Shown piece after piece: positions 15,154 to 23,399 of a stretch of 24,000 nucleotides of DNA. Below the pieces are notes generated by a model that did not search any database, was not told where the DNA came from, and saw only the letters and a list, made by a program, of their open reading frames with translations. The DNA is from Gammaproteobacteria bacterium (lineage in GTDB: Bacteria > Pseudomonadota > Gammaproteobacteria > Steroidobacterales > Steroidobacteraceae): the NCBI GenBank assembly GCA_027366635.1, contig DAHXNE010000037.1:24207-48206 (forward strand), written 5' to 3'. The position numbers and the translations under genes are program-made. The stretch's first letter is position 1. The number at the start of each line of letters is the position of its first letter.

Positions 15154-16242
15154 TCAGGCCGCCTCGCTCGGCCGGGGCCCCACGTAGCGGGACAGTGGTC
15201 TGATCAGCCGGCCCCGCAGCACCTGCTCCCGGGCATGGGCGACCCATCCGCCGGCCCGGCCTGCCGCAAAGACGCATGTGAACGCCTCACGCGGGAAACC
15301 TAGAGCCTCGAGAAGGAGGGCGGTGTAGAACTCGAGGTTCGTAAGCAGCGGCCGCCCTGGCTTGTTGCGGGAAAGCAGTTCCAGGGCGGCGTGCTCCACC
15401 GCCTCCGCCAGCCGCAGCCGGGCCGGATCGAGCCGCCCGGCCTGCGCGAGCCGCTCGAGCGCTCCCTTGAGGGCATCCGCTCGCGGATCCCTTACGCGAT
15501 AGATCCGGTGTCCGAATCCCATCAGCCGCTCGCCGCGGCTGAGTGCGGCCTCGAGCCACGGCCTCGCGGCCTCGGGCTCACCCACCGCATCCAGCATGTC
15601 GAGGACGGGCCCCGGTGCGCCACCGTGCAGCGGGCCCTTGAGCGCGCAGATCGCGCCGATCAGCGCGGAGGTCAGTCCGGCTCGCGTGGAGGCGATGACC
15701 CGAGCTGTGAAGGTAGACGCGTTGAGGCCGTGATCCACCGCGCTGACCAGGTAGCGATCGAGTGCGCGTGCCTGATCCGGATGCGGGGCTTCTCCGTGCA
15801 GCATTCGCAGCATGTCCGCCGCGTGCCCGAGCCCCGGGTCGGGCCGGATCGCCTCCAGGCCGTGAGCGCGGCGAATCACGGCCGGCGTGAATACGGCGAG
15901 CGCGGCCACCAGGCGGAGCGCCGTGGAGGGGTCATTGCCCTCCTCGAACCGGCTCAGGAGCGTGCGGACGGCATCCACCGGCGGCTGCTCGGCCAGCTGC
16001 GCATCGGCCGCACGCGATTGCTCGAACACCTGCAGTCTGGCCGCTCCCAAGCCGCGGGCGATCTGGTCAGCGCCCGCGCTCTCGGGAAAGAGCCCCGCCC
16101 AGAGCAGCGCCAGCACGTCCTCGTACCGGCAGCCGATGACCAGCTCGTCGAGTGAGCGCCCGCGAATGACGAGCCGTCCCGCCTCGCCGTCCACATCCGA
16201 CAGGGTGGTCTCCGTCGCGATGACATCGTCCAGTCCACTCAT
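15154..16242 (-). CDS. Citrate synthase family protein (short, type-II-like, 362 aa)
   Basis: It has VIATETTLSDVDGEAGRLVIRGRSLDEL, LVSAVDHGLNASTF, LKGPLHGGAP and GFGHRIYRVRDPRA (the citrate-synthase signature region). Confidence 0.85.
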   Translation of the reverse strand: MSGLDDVIATETTLSDVDGEAGRLVIRGRSLDELVIGCRYEDVLALLWAGLFPESAGADQIARGLGAARLQVFEQSRAADAQLAEQPPVDAVRTLLSRFEEGNDPSTALRLVAALAVFTPAVIRRAHGLEAIRPDPGLGHAADMLRMLHGEAPHPDQARALDRYLVSAVDHGLNASTFTARVIASTRAGLTSALIGAICALKGPLHGGAPGPVLDMLDAVGEPEAARPWLEAALSRGERLMGFGHRIYRVRDPRADALKGALERLAQAGRLDPARLRLAEAVEHAALELLSRNKPGRPLLTNLEFYTALLLEALGFPREAFTCVFAAGRAGGWVAHAREQVLRGRLIRPLSRYVGPRPSEAA

Positions 16243-16290
16243 GGAATCCTCCCCGGTTCAAGCGTTCTCGACTACGCTATACCCGTCATC

Positions 16291-16302
16291 ATTGACGTCA
16301 AT
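16291..16302. promoter_or_regulatory. Perfect 12-bp palindrome ATTGACGTCAAT, with an adjacent imperfect inverted repeat TTGAT-N7-ATCAA (16304-16320), in the 89-bp divergent intergenic region between the two citrate-synthase paralogs
   Basis: Read directly from the sequence. It is a candidate operator for the HTH fused to the downstream paralog. Confidence 0.35.
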
Positions 16303-16331
16303 CTTGATTGATTCGATCAACGCGAGGGTGC

Positions 16332-17507
16332 ATGAGCTGGCTGACCGCGTCGGAGGCTTTGAATTTGCTGGGCGTGCGGCGCCAGACGCTGTACGCGAAT
16401 GTCAGCCGCCGGCGGATCCGTGCGCGTCCCGATCCGAAGGACCCGCGGCGAAGCCTCTATCACGAAGCCGACGTGCAGAAGATGGCGCGCAGCCGCCCGG
16501 GCCCGCGCAAGGCGGAGCGCATCGCAGCCGGCGCGATGGAGTGGGGCGATCCGATTCTGCCGTCGGCGATCTGCGCCGTGGCTCACGGACGGCTCTGGTA
16601 TCGGGGTCACGATGCCGTCAGGCTTGCCGACACACGCGCTCTCGAAGACGCTGCGGCCATCCTGTGGGATTGTCAGGAAGTCAGCTTCCCGGGCGACCTT
16701 CGGCAGGCTGTCGAGCGTGGCCCGGTGCCCGCCGGACGCGGCAGCGCGGCAGCCGGCCCTGCGCTCGCCACGATGTTCGCTGTCCTCGCCGGCCGGGCGG
16801 GCCTCGACCCGCCGTCACATGGGCGCTCGCCGGCCGTTCTGCGCAGAGAGAGCGCGGAGGTGCTGGCCACGCTCGCGAGCGCCGTTGTCCGTCCCGGACC
16901 CGATGTCCCGCTGCACGCGCGCCTCGCCACTGCCTGGCGGCGCCGCCAGGCGGCGGATACCCTGCGCCGGACGCTGGTGCTGCTCGCCGATCATGAGCTC
17001 AATGCATCGACTTTCGCGGTGCGGGTGACGATCTCGACGGGCGCATCGCTCGCATCGGGTGTCCTGGCAGGCCTGGCCACCCTGAGCGGTCCGCTGCACG
17101 GACGGGCGGCGCTCGGCGTGCTCGAGCTGGCGCGCGCCGCTGGAGAGCGGGACGCCCGGGTTGTGGTGCGCGAGTGGCTGACGGGCGGCCGCCCGTTGAG
17201 CGGATTCGGTCATCCGCTGTACCCGCAAGGGGACGTGAGGGCGCAAGCGCTCCTCGAGGCATTCGACGTGCCCCCGGAATACCAGGCATTACGCAGGGCC
17301 GTCGAAGAGATCGCCGGCGAGCGTCCGAGCGTTGACTTTGCGCTTGCGGCCATGACCGCCTGCTTTGGCCTGCCGCCCGATGCGCCTCTGGTGCTCTTTG
17401 CGATCGCCCGCAGTGCGGGGTGGCTGGCGCACGCCATGGAGCAGGCTTCAGCGGGGCACCTGATCCGGCCACGTGCGCGCTACGTCGGGCCGCCGCTAGG
17501 AATCTGA
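16332..17507 (+). CDS. Citrate synthase family protein fused to an N-terminal excisionase/MerR-like HTH (about 391 aa)
   Basis: The track ORF starts at TTG 16308; the ATG at 16332 (MSWLTASEALNLLGVRRQTLYANVSRRRIRARPDP) is preferred. The N-terminus is HTH_17-like. The remainder is citrate-synthase-like (LLADHELNASTF, LSGPLHGRA, GFGHPLYPQGDVRA, ARSAGWLAHAMEQ). Confidence 0.8.
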   Translation: MSWLTASEALNLLGVRRQTLYANVSRRRIRARPDPKDPRRSLYHEADVQKMARSRPGPRKAERIAAGAMEWGDPILPSAICAVAHGRLWYRGHDAVRLADTRALEDAAAILWDCQEVSFPGDLRQAVERGPVPAGRGSAAAGPALATMFAVLAGRAGLDPPSHGRSPAVLRRESAEVLATLASAVVRPGPDVPLHARLATAWRRRQAADTLRRTLVLLADHELNASTFAVRVTISTGASLASGVLAGLATLSGPLHGRAALGVLELARAAGERDARVVVREWLTGGRPLSGFGHPLYPQGDVRAQALLEAFDVPPEYQALRRAVEEIAGERPSVDFALAAMTACFGLPPDAPLVLFAIARSAGWLAHAMEQASAGHLIRPRARYVGPPLGI

Positions 17508-17516
17508 CGCTTTGCC

Positions 17517-17539
17517 CGGCGGCCTCGGCGGGGCCGCCG
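17517..17539 (+). terminator. GC-rich hairpin (8-bp stem CGGCGGCC/GGCCGCCG, 7-nt loop) 10 nt after the stop of the HTH-citrate-synthase gene; no U-tract
   Basis: Base pairing was checked by hand. It lies in a convergent intergenic region, and the lack of a T-run keeps confidence low. Confidence 0.3.
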
Positions 17540-17650
17540 CCGCAATCTCGCACCGGATATGCCGGCCACAAGCCCAGACACGCCGACGCGGATGTAGTGG
17601 GACTGCGGATCCACCGATGTAGATGATCGAAAGCCTGTGTTGAACTGTAC

Positions 17651-18142
17651 TCACGGTGCTCTGTTTCGAACTGCGGCTTGATATCTCGCGAGCATCTGCG
17701 GCTCCTCGATGGAGCCGTGATGATGAATCTGACGCCACCGCCCGTTGTTCCATCGGAAGAGCCGCGACGTGCGGATGGCGAGATCGAATGTTTCGTCGTC
17801 AGTTTGCAATCGGCCGCGCTCACGGCCAACCACCCAAAATACGTCCCCGCCGCGATGCAGCGTGTAATCCCAGAATTCGAAGGAGTATGACCCTGTGATT
17901 TGGAATAGCCGCTGGTACGTCTCGCGTATCTGCGGCCATCCACGCTTGATCCCGCCGAGGGGGTTGTCCATCGCGGCTTCCAGCGAGTCGTCCCAATTTT
18001 GCTCCATCAGCCGGAGATCGCGGCGATTGAGGGCCTGATAAAACTGCGACAGAGCGGCCTGCGGCTGCCCGCAATCGGCGATTTGCTCGCGACCTGTCAC
18101 GGGCTCCTGAATGCGGGCAAGGCTGTTTGTCATGCAAATCAT
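17651..18142 (-). CDS. SnoaL-like / NTF2-fold family protein (about 160 aa)
   Basis: It has ALSQFYQALNRRDLRLMEQNWDD...GGIKRGWPQIRETYQRLF...FDLAIRTSRLFRWNNGRWRQIHHHGS, typical of DUF4440 / SnoaL-like polyketide-cyclase-fold proteins. The start is ambiguous: GTG 18145, ATG 18142 or ATG 18133. Confidence 0.65.
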   Translation of the reverse strand: MICMTNSLARIQEPVTGREQIADCGQPQAALSQFYQALNRRDLRLMEQNWDDSLEAAMDNPLGGIKRGWPQIRETYQRLFQITGSYSFEFWDYTLHRGGDVFWVVGRERGRLQTDDETFDLAIRTSRLFRWNNGRWRQIHHHGSIEEPQMLARYQAAVRNRAP

Positions 18143-18224
18143 CACTCTGTGGCCTAAATCAATGGCTCAGGGCGCGCAGCGTAGGGCTTTCAGGTTCCGA
18201 CCAGAAGTGGCATTATTGCCATTA

Positions 18225-19199
18225 ATGAGGTCATTAGTGCCACCATCGGCCCTGCGCATTGCGGTGCTGTTGAACCCTTCTTCCTCGCTCCCAATGGCAC
18301 TGCTCTTCCGAACGGTTTTCCAACGGACCAACTGTGCACTGGCGACCGACCGATATGTCGTGGAGCTGGTGACCTCCCGGCCGGCGACTCGCTTTTCCAT
18401 GCCGGACGTTACGGTGGCCACGCGGCGACCGCGGGGCCGATACGACTATCTGGTGGTCACGCCTTACGACGGCATCGACACGACGTGGCAACCCGATCCC
18501 GCGGACGTGAAGCACGTGCAGCGCCAGCACGCGGCTGGCGGGATTGTCGCTTCCGCCTGTCTCGGCGCTCTGACACTGGCCGAGTCGGGCGTGCTGGACG
18601 GACGCGAGGCGACGACGCATTGGAATTGGATCGCCCACGTGCGCGCCCGCTACCCGCGCGTCGCCTGGAACACCCGCCGGCTGATCTGCGCTCAACAGCA
18701 GTTGCTCACGGCTGGCGGATACCTGGCAACCGTGGACCTTGCCCTGCACATCGTCGCCGCGACCAGCTCGCGGGAAACCGCACATGAGGTAGGGCGGCTG
18801 ATACTCGCCGACAGCGCGCGACAGTATCAGTCGATCTACGCCATGCAGTTAACCAACCCCGCCACCGGCGGCGGCGAACTACGCGACCTCGAGCGCTGGC
18901 TCGGACTGCGGTTGCGAACGGCGCCGACGGTGGAGGAGATGGCGGAACATTGCAATATGAGCCGACGCTCCTTACACCGAAAATTCCGCCGGGCATACGG
19001 AATCACGCCTCGCAAGTACCTACAGCTCAAGCGCATCGACACGGTGCGGCGGCTGCTGACCGAGAGCCGGCGAAGCATCGAACAGATCCTAGATGAAGTC
19101 GGCGTTAGCGACGTGACCTCGTTCCGGCGAACCTTTCAAAGGGAGCTGGGATACTCGCCAGCCGAGTATCGGCGGAGGCTCGGCCAAGAAGCGGGGTGA
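18225..19199 (+). CDS. GlxA-type transcriptional regulator (DJ-1/PfpI-like domain + AraC HTH)
   Basis: It has LRIAVLLNPSSSLPMAL...GGIVASACLGALTLAESGVLDGREATTHW (DJ-1/PfpI-like). The C-terminal AraC double HTH is VEEMAEHCNMSRRSLHRKFRRAYGITPRKYLQLKRIDTVRRLL...VGVSDVTSFRRTFQRELGYSPAEYRR. I chose the start ATG 18225 to leave a promoter-sized gap to the divergent SnoaL gene; 18162 and 18111 are alternatives. Confidence 0.8.
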   Translation: MRSLVPPSALRIAVLLNPSSSLPMALLFRTVFQRTNCALATDRYVVELVTSRPATRFSMPDVTVATRRPRGRYDYLVVTPYDGIDTTWQPDPADVKHVQRQHAAGGIVASACLGALTLAESGVLDGREATTHWNWIAHVRARYPRVAWNTRRLICAQQQLLTAGGYLATVDLALHIVAATSSRETAHEVGRLILADSARQYQSIYAMQLTNPATGGGELRDLERWLGLRLRTAPTVEEMAEHCNMSRRSLHRKFRRAYGITPRKYLQLKRIDTVRRLLTESRRSIEQILDEVGVSDVTSFRRTFQRELGYSPAEYRRRLGQEAG

Positions 19200-19285
19200 T
19201 GCAGGCCCTGGCCGTCACAGCAGCCGAGAAGCGGCGGAATGCAGCGGTGTTGGTGATAAGCCTGATTCGCACCCGATGCTGAGGT

Positions 19286-19450
19286 GATCGGGAGACCGAC
19301 GTAGCGCGCATGCGGCCGGATCAGCTGCCCAGCGATGAGCTGCTCCATCGCGCGCACCAGCCATCCGGTGCTTCGGGCGAGCGAAAAAAGCAGGAGGAGG
19401 GCATCGCGCATATGCGGCCGACCAGTAAGATTCGTGTAAAAACCTGCCAT
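19286..19450 (-). pseudogene. Citrate-synthase C-terminal remnant, paralogous to the 3' end of the HTH-citrate-synthase gene
   Basis: The track ORF 19136-19450 begins ...GFYTNLTGRPHMRDALLLLFSLARSTGWLVRAMEQLIAGQLIRPHARYVGLPI. This aligns by hand with LVLFAIARSAGWLAHAMEQASAGHLIRPRARYVGPP (17390-17500) at about two thirds identity. No upstream catalytic core is present, the original stop is lost, and the frame runs into the AraC gene's 3' end. Confidence 0.65.
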
Positions 19451-19571
19451 AGCGCCCGGAGGCCAGGATGGGCGCGCTGGAATGGCCGGTTCTTGCCTGA
19501 ATATCTATGGAACGCGATGAGTGGTCCCATGGCAAACTGCTTCGGCAGAAGCCCATGAGTCGCTTTGCATA

Positions 19572-20111
19572 TCACCTGCTGCCGGATGTCGGTGCTGACG
19601 ATATGATCCGCTCGATCACGTCCGTCTTGGCATCGGCGTAGGCTTGCGTGTCAGACCAGTCCACCCGCGCCAGGGCGCGCTTGGTTTCCTCGTAGAGCCG
19701 CCGGTCCTCCCCATTGGCCCGTAGACGGTCTCGGAACCTCAGATTGCGCTTGATCTCTGCACAGCCGGCGGAATACACATGGATATGTACATCCTTCTGA
19801 GGAGTCCTGAACATCCGGTGCTGGTTCCAATCGGGCTCACGCACTCGAAGTATATATCCAGCCGCTTCGAGCTGCGGGAGATAGGTGGACTCGTCCGCGG
19901 AGTCCTTTAACACCACGAGAATGTCGATGATTGGCTTGGCCGCGAGTCCGGGAACCGAGGTCGACCCGATGTGCTCGATTTGCAACGCCGACGAGCCCAG
20001 TACCCTGACGATAGTCGAAGCATGCCTTTCGAACTTCGCAGGCCAAGCCGGATCGTATTGCGCGATTATGATCTCGCGCTTCTCGACGCCGCCAATGAGC
20101 TCGGCCTTCAA
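19572..20111 (-). CDS. GrpB family protein (UPF0157, nucleotidyltransferase-fold)
   Basis: It has IIIAQYDPAWPAKFERH...IEHIGSTSVPGLAAKPIIDILVV...HIHVY...LRFRDRLRANGEDRRLYEETK. The track start is GTG 20207. I prefer the TTG at 20111 because GGAGA lies 7 nt upstream and the 32-aa extension looks non-native. Confidence 0.75.
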   Translation of the reverse strand: MKAELIGGVEKREIIIAQYDPAWPAKFERHASTIVRVLGSSALQIEHIGSTSVPGLAAKPIIDILVVLKDSADESTYLPQLEAAGYILRVREPDWNQHRMFRTPQKDVHIHVYSAGCAEIKRNLRFRDRLRANGEDRRLYEETKRALARVDWSDTQAYADAKTDVIERIISSAPTSGSR

Positions 20112-21047
20112 GCGTGCATCTCCAGGTACGGTCCGAACACGAGCGCCCCAATCATTGTCACCACCGGAGGTTGCGGAGAATTGGCGATCACGCCATGACA
20201 GCGCCACTATAGTCTAACCAAAATTCGAACGACCGCTTCGGAGCAGATTGGCAACGCGCGTGGGTGAGCGGAAGTTTTAAGCGTTGTCCGCTGGCCGAGA
20301 GGCGTCACGACGGTCAAGATTGCGTCCTCGGTCGGCCCGGGATCATCCGAAGACCTGCGGCGCAGAAGTGAGCTGTGCTGTGTAACGCCGTGGGGAAATG
20401 CGCTTGCGGCTTGACTCTGTGGATCGATCCGGGTTTCCGCGTCTCCCCCTCAAAATAAAGCGCTTTCAATCCCCATCTACACCGTGGTGGCGGTGAAATG
20501 TGCCCATCGCAAAAATGTGCCGAGACGAGGAACCGCGTGATTTTGGGGGTGAGAGGCGCAGTTTCGAGGCGCCACCAGGGACAGACGGTGACACCGACGC
20601 CTAGGGATCCACGACCTCAGTCATACGCAGCCGCAGTGGAATCAAGGAGTTGGTTGGAGAGCTGAAGAATAGAGAGCGAAAGAGAGCGACAAAACAAGCA
20701 AACAGCGTGCCGGAAAATCAGGGGGGAGACGTCGCAGGAGAAGGCTCGGCAAGCTCTGACGGCGGAGCGGCGCGGCCGGGGTCAGCCGTCAACAAGAGCC
20801 TGCCACGCCCGGGGGATCGCTCCCGCCTCCACCCCTGAGCAGGCGCTGGCTTTGCCTTGATCGGCTTCGCCCCGCCCCTGTCCCTTGGGCGGCAGGCAAT
20901 GTGAGCATGGACGCCGATAATTTGAGCACGACGGCACGTCTACGATGACTTAATTCGCGCGGAAATCGGCTATGATTTCGAGCAGCTACAGATACCGGAC
21001 ATTGATGTAGAGGAACGGAAGGCCGATACTTGCCCAAGAGGTGTGAT

Positions 21048-21416
21048 GTGGGGATTGAGCGTCTAGATCATGTGCAGCTTGCAATGCCAGCCGGGGGCGA
21101 GGAATCGGCTCGCGCTTTCTACGGAGAGACGCTTGGTATCCCCGAAGTACCGAAACCCGCGCACCTCGCAAATCGTGGTGGGTGTTGGTTCGAGAGGGGA
21201 GCGCTCAAGATTCACCTGGGCGTGGAGAAAGACTTTCGACCAGCAAGGAAGGCGCATCCAGCCTTGATCGTTGCTGATCTCCCAGCGTTGATTAAGCGTA
21301 TTTCCGCCAAAGGTTATCGCGTGGTCAAAGACCAGCCCCTCGAGGGTTATGATCGGCTATATGTCGATGACCCTTTCGGCAACCGTATCGAGTTGATGGA
21401 GCCGACGAACCAGTAG
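21048..21416 (+). CDS. VOC (glyoxalase/bleomycin-resistance/dioxygenase) family protein
   Basis: It has IERLDHVQLAMPAGGEESARAFYGETLGIPEV...HPALIVADL...DDPFGNRIELMEP. The GTG at 21048 is preceded by AAGAGG with a 6-nt spacer. The track start TTG 21030 is an alternative. Confidence 0.8.
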   Translation: MGIERLDHVQLAMPAGGEESARAFYGETLGIPEVPKPAHLANRGGCWFERGALKIHLGVEKDFRPARKAHPALIVADLPALIKRISAKGYRVVKDQPLEGYDRLYVDDPFGNRIELMEPTNQ

Positions 21417-21677
21417 TGGCTCCCCATTTGTGCACCTTCGTTGTGACTGCTGTGCATTGTCCCGCTGCGAAAGGCGATCCGACCGAAACCATCAAACTGT
21501 CCGCGGCGGATGACCCGGCATGGCGGATCCGGGCAGCACAATGACCACGACGTCGTGCGATTATCTGTGCAATGTGCCGGCCGTCTTTTAACCCGTTGAA
21601 GCAGCTGAATTTCTGGATTCTCAACGGCACAAAGTTTTTGGCGTGCTGTGCCGGACTCATCACTTGGGGCTCCGGCC

Positions 21678-22119
21678 ATGTTCGAGCGACTGTTCAAGCG
21701 CGCATTTTCGATCGCACGTCACGCGAGCGCGCCTTATGCCGATGAACGTGCAAGGTATCTTACGTATTGTCTTGAGCGCGGAGAAAAACCGACCACTGTG
21801 TCGGAGGAAGGCGTACGAACTGTTACGGATTGCCGACGATTGTAAGCGTTCGTACCCAGATTTGCGTCTGACGCAGCAACAGGTCGAACAGGTCACGCGC
21901 AGCTGCAAGGTGCGTCGCCGAGTGGCGCCGGCGCTCTGCGCTCGCCGGGAGCGGGTACAAATGGCACGCGCGTGGTTGCGCTTCTTGGGGTCATTCAGGC
22001 GGCCCTCGATTCCGTTTGCGGCGCAGTTCCAGGCCCACTGCTATTGGGCACGCGAAGAGCGGGGATTTAGCGAAGTGACGATTGCAGGCCCCTATGAACG
22101 AGTCAAAAAGGTTGGCTGA
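21678..22119 (+). pseudogene. Tyrosine recombinase/integrase, N-terminal fragment only, frameshifted
   Basis: The frame of track ORF 21648-21845 gives MFERLFKRAFSIARHASAPYADERARYLTYCLERGEKPTT. After a frame change near 21785-21800 (next to an A5 run), the frame of 21643-22119 continues LCRRKAYELLRIADDC...DLRLTQQQVEQV...ARAWLRFLGSFRRP...HCYWAREERGFSEVTI. This N-terminal architecture (MFERLFK..., core-binding region) matches a site-specific integrase family I recall. The catalytic C-terminal ~250 aa are absent, and the fragment ends 2 nt before the next gene. Confidence 0.55.
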
Positions 22120-22121
22120 GC

Positions 22122-22715
22122 ATGTCGCAGTACCACTTCAACCCTGAGACCTACGAGGCCATGGTAGCGAGCGAGGTGCCAGGATATCATCGCCTCCAAG
22201 AGCGGGTTGCAGCAGCCACGGCCGGACGCGGCGCGGCACGGATTCTCGATCTGGGAACCGGCAGCGGCGTGACGGCTCGGAGCGTGCTCAGACACCATCC
22301 GCGCGCCCAGTTGGTGGGCATCGATGAAAGCGCTGAGATGTTGGCGGCGGCCCGTCACATTTTGCCGCCCGAAACTGAGCTGAAAGTAGCTCGACTGCAG
22401 GATCCGCTGCCGGGCGGACCGTTTAATCTCGTAGTCTCGGCGTTAGCTGTTCACCACTTGAACGGCGCGGGGAAAGCCGACCTGTTTCGCCGGGTTGCCG
22501 CGGTTCTCCTGCCCGGAGGAAGATTTGTGCTCGGAGACCTGATCGTTCCTCGTGATCCGCGCGATGTCGTCACGCCGATCGACCACGTTTACGACACGCC
22601 AAGTACGGCAGCGGATCAGCTGGTCTGGATGCGGGCCGCAGGATTGGTAGCCACGACTGCGTGGCTCGAACGCGATCTCGCTGTCCTTGTCGGCGATCTA
22701 AATGGCACTCGGTAG
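22122..22715 (+). CDS. Class I SAM-dependent methyltransferase (197 aa)
   Basis: Motif I is ARILDLGTGSGVTARSVL. It also has LVGIDESAEMLAAAR and FNLVVSALAVHHL...LLPGGRFVLGDL. Confidence 0.85.
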   Translation: MSQYHFNPETYEAMVASEVPGYHRLQERVAAATAGRGAARILDLGTGSGVTARSVLRHHPRAQLVGIDESAEMLAAARHILPPETELKVARLQDPLPGGPFNLVVSALAVHHLNGAGKADLFRRVAAVLLPGGRFVLGDLIVPRDPRDVVTPIDHVYDTPSTAADQLVWMRAAGLVATTAWLERDLAVLVGDLNGTR

Positions 22716-22779
22716 CAGCGCGTCGCTTCGCAGGGTCGTGGCACGTCGGTCCGCTGTGGAGCAGATTGGGGGACCAGTT

Positions 22780-23213
22780 GGACGAGCGGCGATTGAAAAC
22801 GGCGAGCAGCTCTCGGGCCGGGCTTGCTCCGTTATCGGAACCGCGCAGCGTCTTGCCGTCGAGGGCGATCGCGGAGCGTTTTTTTACTCCCCGCGTTGCT
22901 CGCCGCGGCCTGCCTTTGCGGCCACCCGCGGAGCGCTTTCTGCAGCGACTGCACCGGGATCCTCTGCAGCAGGCGCCGTACGGTGGACTCCGAGGACCGC
23001 ACGTACTGCCCGGCGGCATTACGCCGGCAGCGCAGCCGGCGCAGCATCGCCGGGCTCATCCGCTCGATCCGTTCCTCGATCTCCGTACTGCCCTTGGCGC
23101 CACTGACCACCGCGCACAAAATGCACGCCAGGAGCCAGCGCTGGCTGTGGCGGCGTCCGCGCCGCGCGCGCAGTTCTTCAATGCGGCCTCCTCGCCATAC
23201 TGATGCTGGGCAT
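22780..23213 (-). mobile_element. ISAs1-family (H-repeat-associated-like) transposase remnant: N-terminal ~145 codons, frameshifted, 3'-truncated
   Basis: The frame of track ORF 22832-23353 gives ...RGRRHSQRWLLACILCAVVSGAKGSTEIEERIERMSPAMLRRLRC...SESTVRRLLQRIPVQSLQKALRGW. After a frame change at the T7/A7 run (22879-22885), the frame of 22570-23019 gives SAIALDGKTLRGSDNGASPARELLAVF. This is the characteristic ISAs1 order (RH..L..IL..AV.sGA... then AIDGKTLRGS). The DDE catalytic region is missing. Boundaries are approximate. Confidence 0.6.
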
Positions 23214-23236
23214 GCTGGCCGTCGCGCCGGCGCCAG

Positions 23237-23353
23237 GCGCACGTTCTCGCTGAGGCGCGAGGCCGACACGCCGTTGCTGCGCGCGCCGTCGCGAAATCCA
23301 CCGGCGCGCACCACCGTGAGGAAGGCAAAGAGATCACGCAGGTCGTTGTCCAT
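23237..23353 (-). pseudogene. LysR-family regulator, N-terminal HTH stub (~39 codons) truncated by the ISAs1 remnant
   Basis: MDNDLRDLFAFLTVVRAGGFRDGARSNGVSASRLSENVR is a canonical LysR HTH opening. The reading frame then runs into transposase-like sequence. It is divergent from the aldo/keto reductase gene. Confidence 0.65.
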
Positions 23354-23378
23354 TGTCCGGATTCCCGCACGGCCTGTG

Positions 23379-23399
23379 CCGATTGTATGGGATTATCGG
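23379..23399. promoter_or_regulatory. LysR-type T-N11-A box CCGAT-N11-ATCGG in the intergenic region between the LysR stub and the aldo/keto reductase
   Basis: Read directly: perfect 5-bp arms with an 11-nt spacer, 66 nt upstream of the reductase ATG. Confidence 0.4.

Noticed and set aside
15391-17943. Long ORFs 15391-16155 +, 15887-16996 + and 16999-17943 - overlapping the citrate-synthase paralogs
   Set aside because: These are Arg/Ser/Pro-rich shadow frames of strongly supported genes with no domain-like patterns.
20650-20838. 62-aa ORF (TTG start) in the long non-coding stretch
   Set aside because: The product would be a low-complexity, charged/Gly/Ser-rich peptide. The AGGAG lies directly against the TTG with no spacer, and there are no motifs. 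It is treated as non-coding and flagged only as part of the unexplained region.
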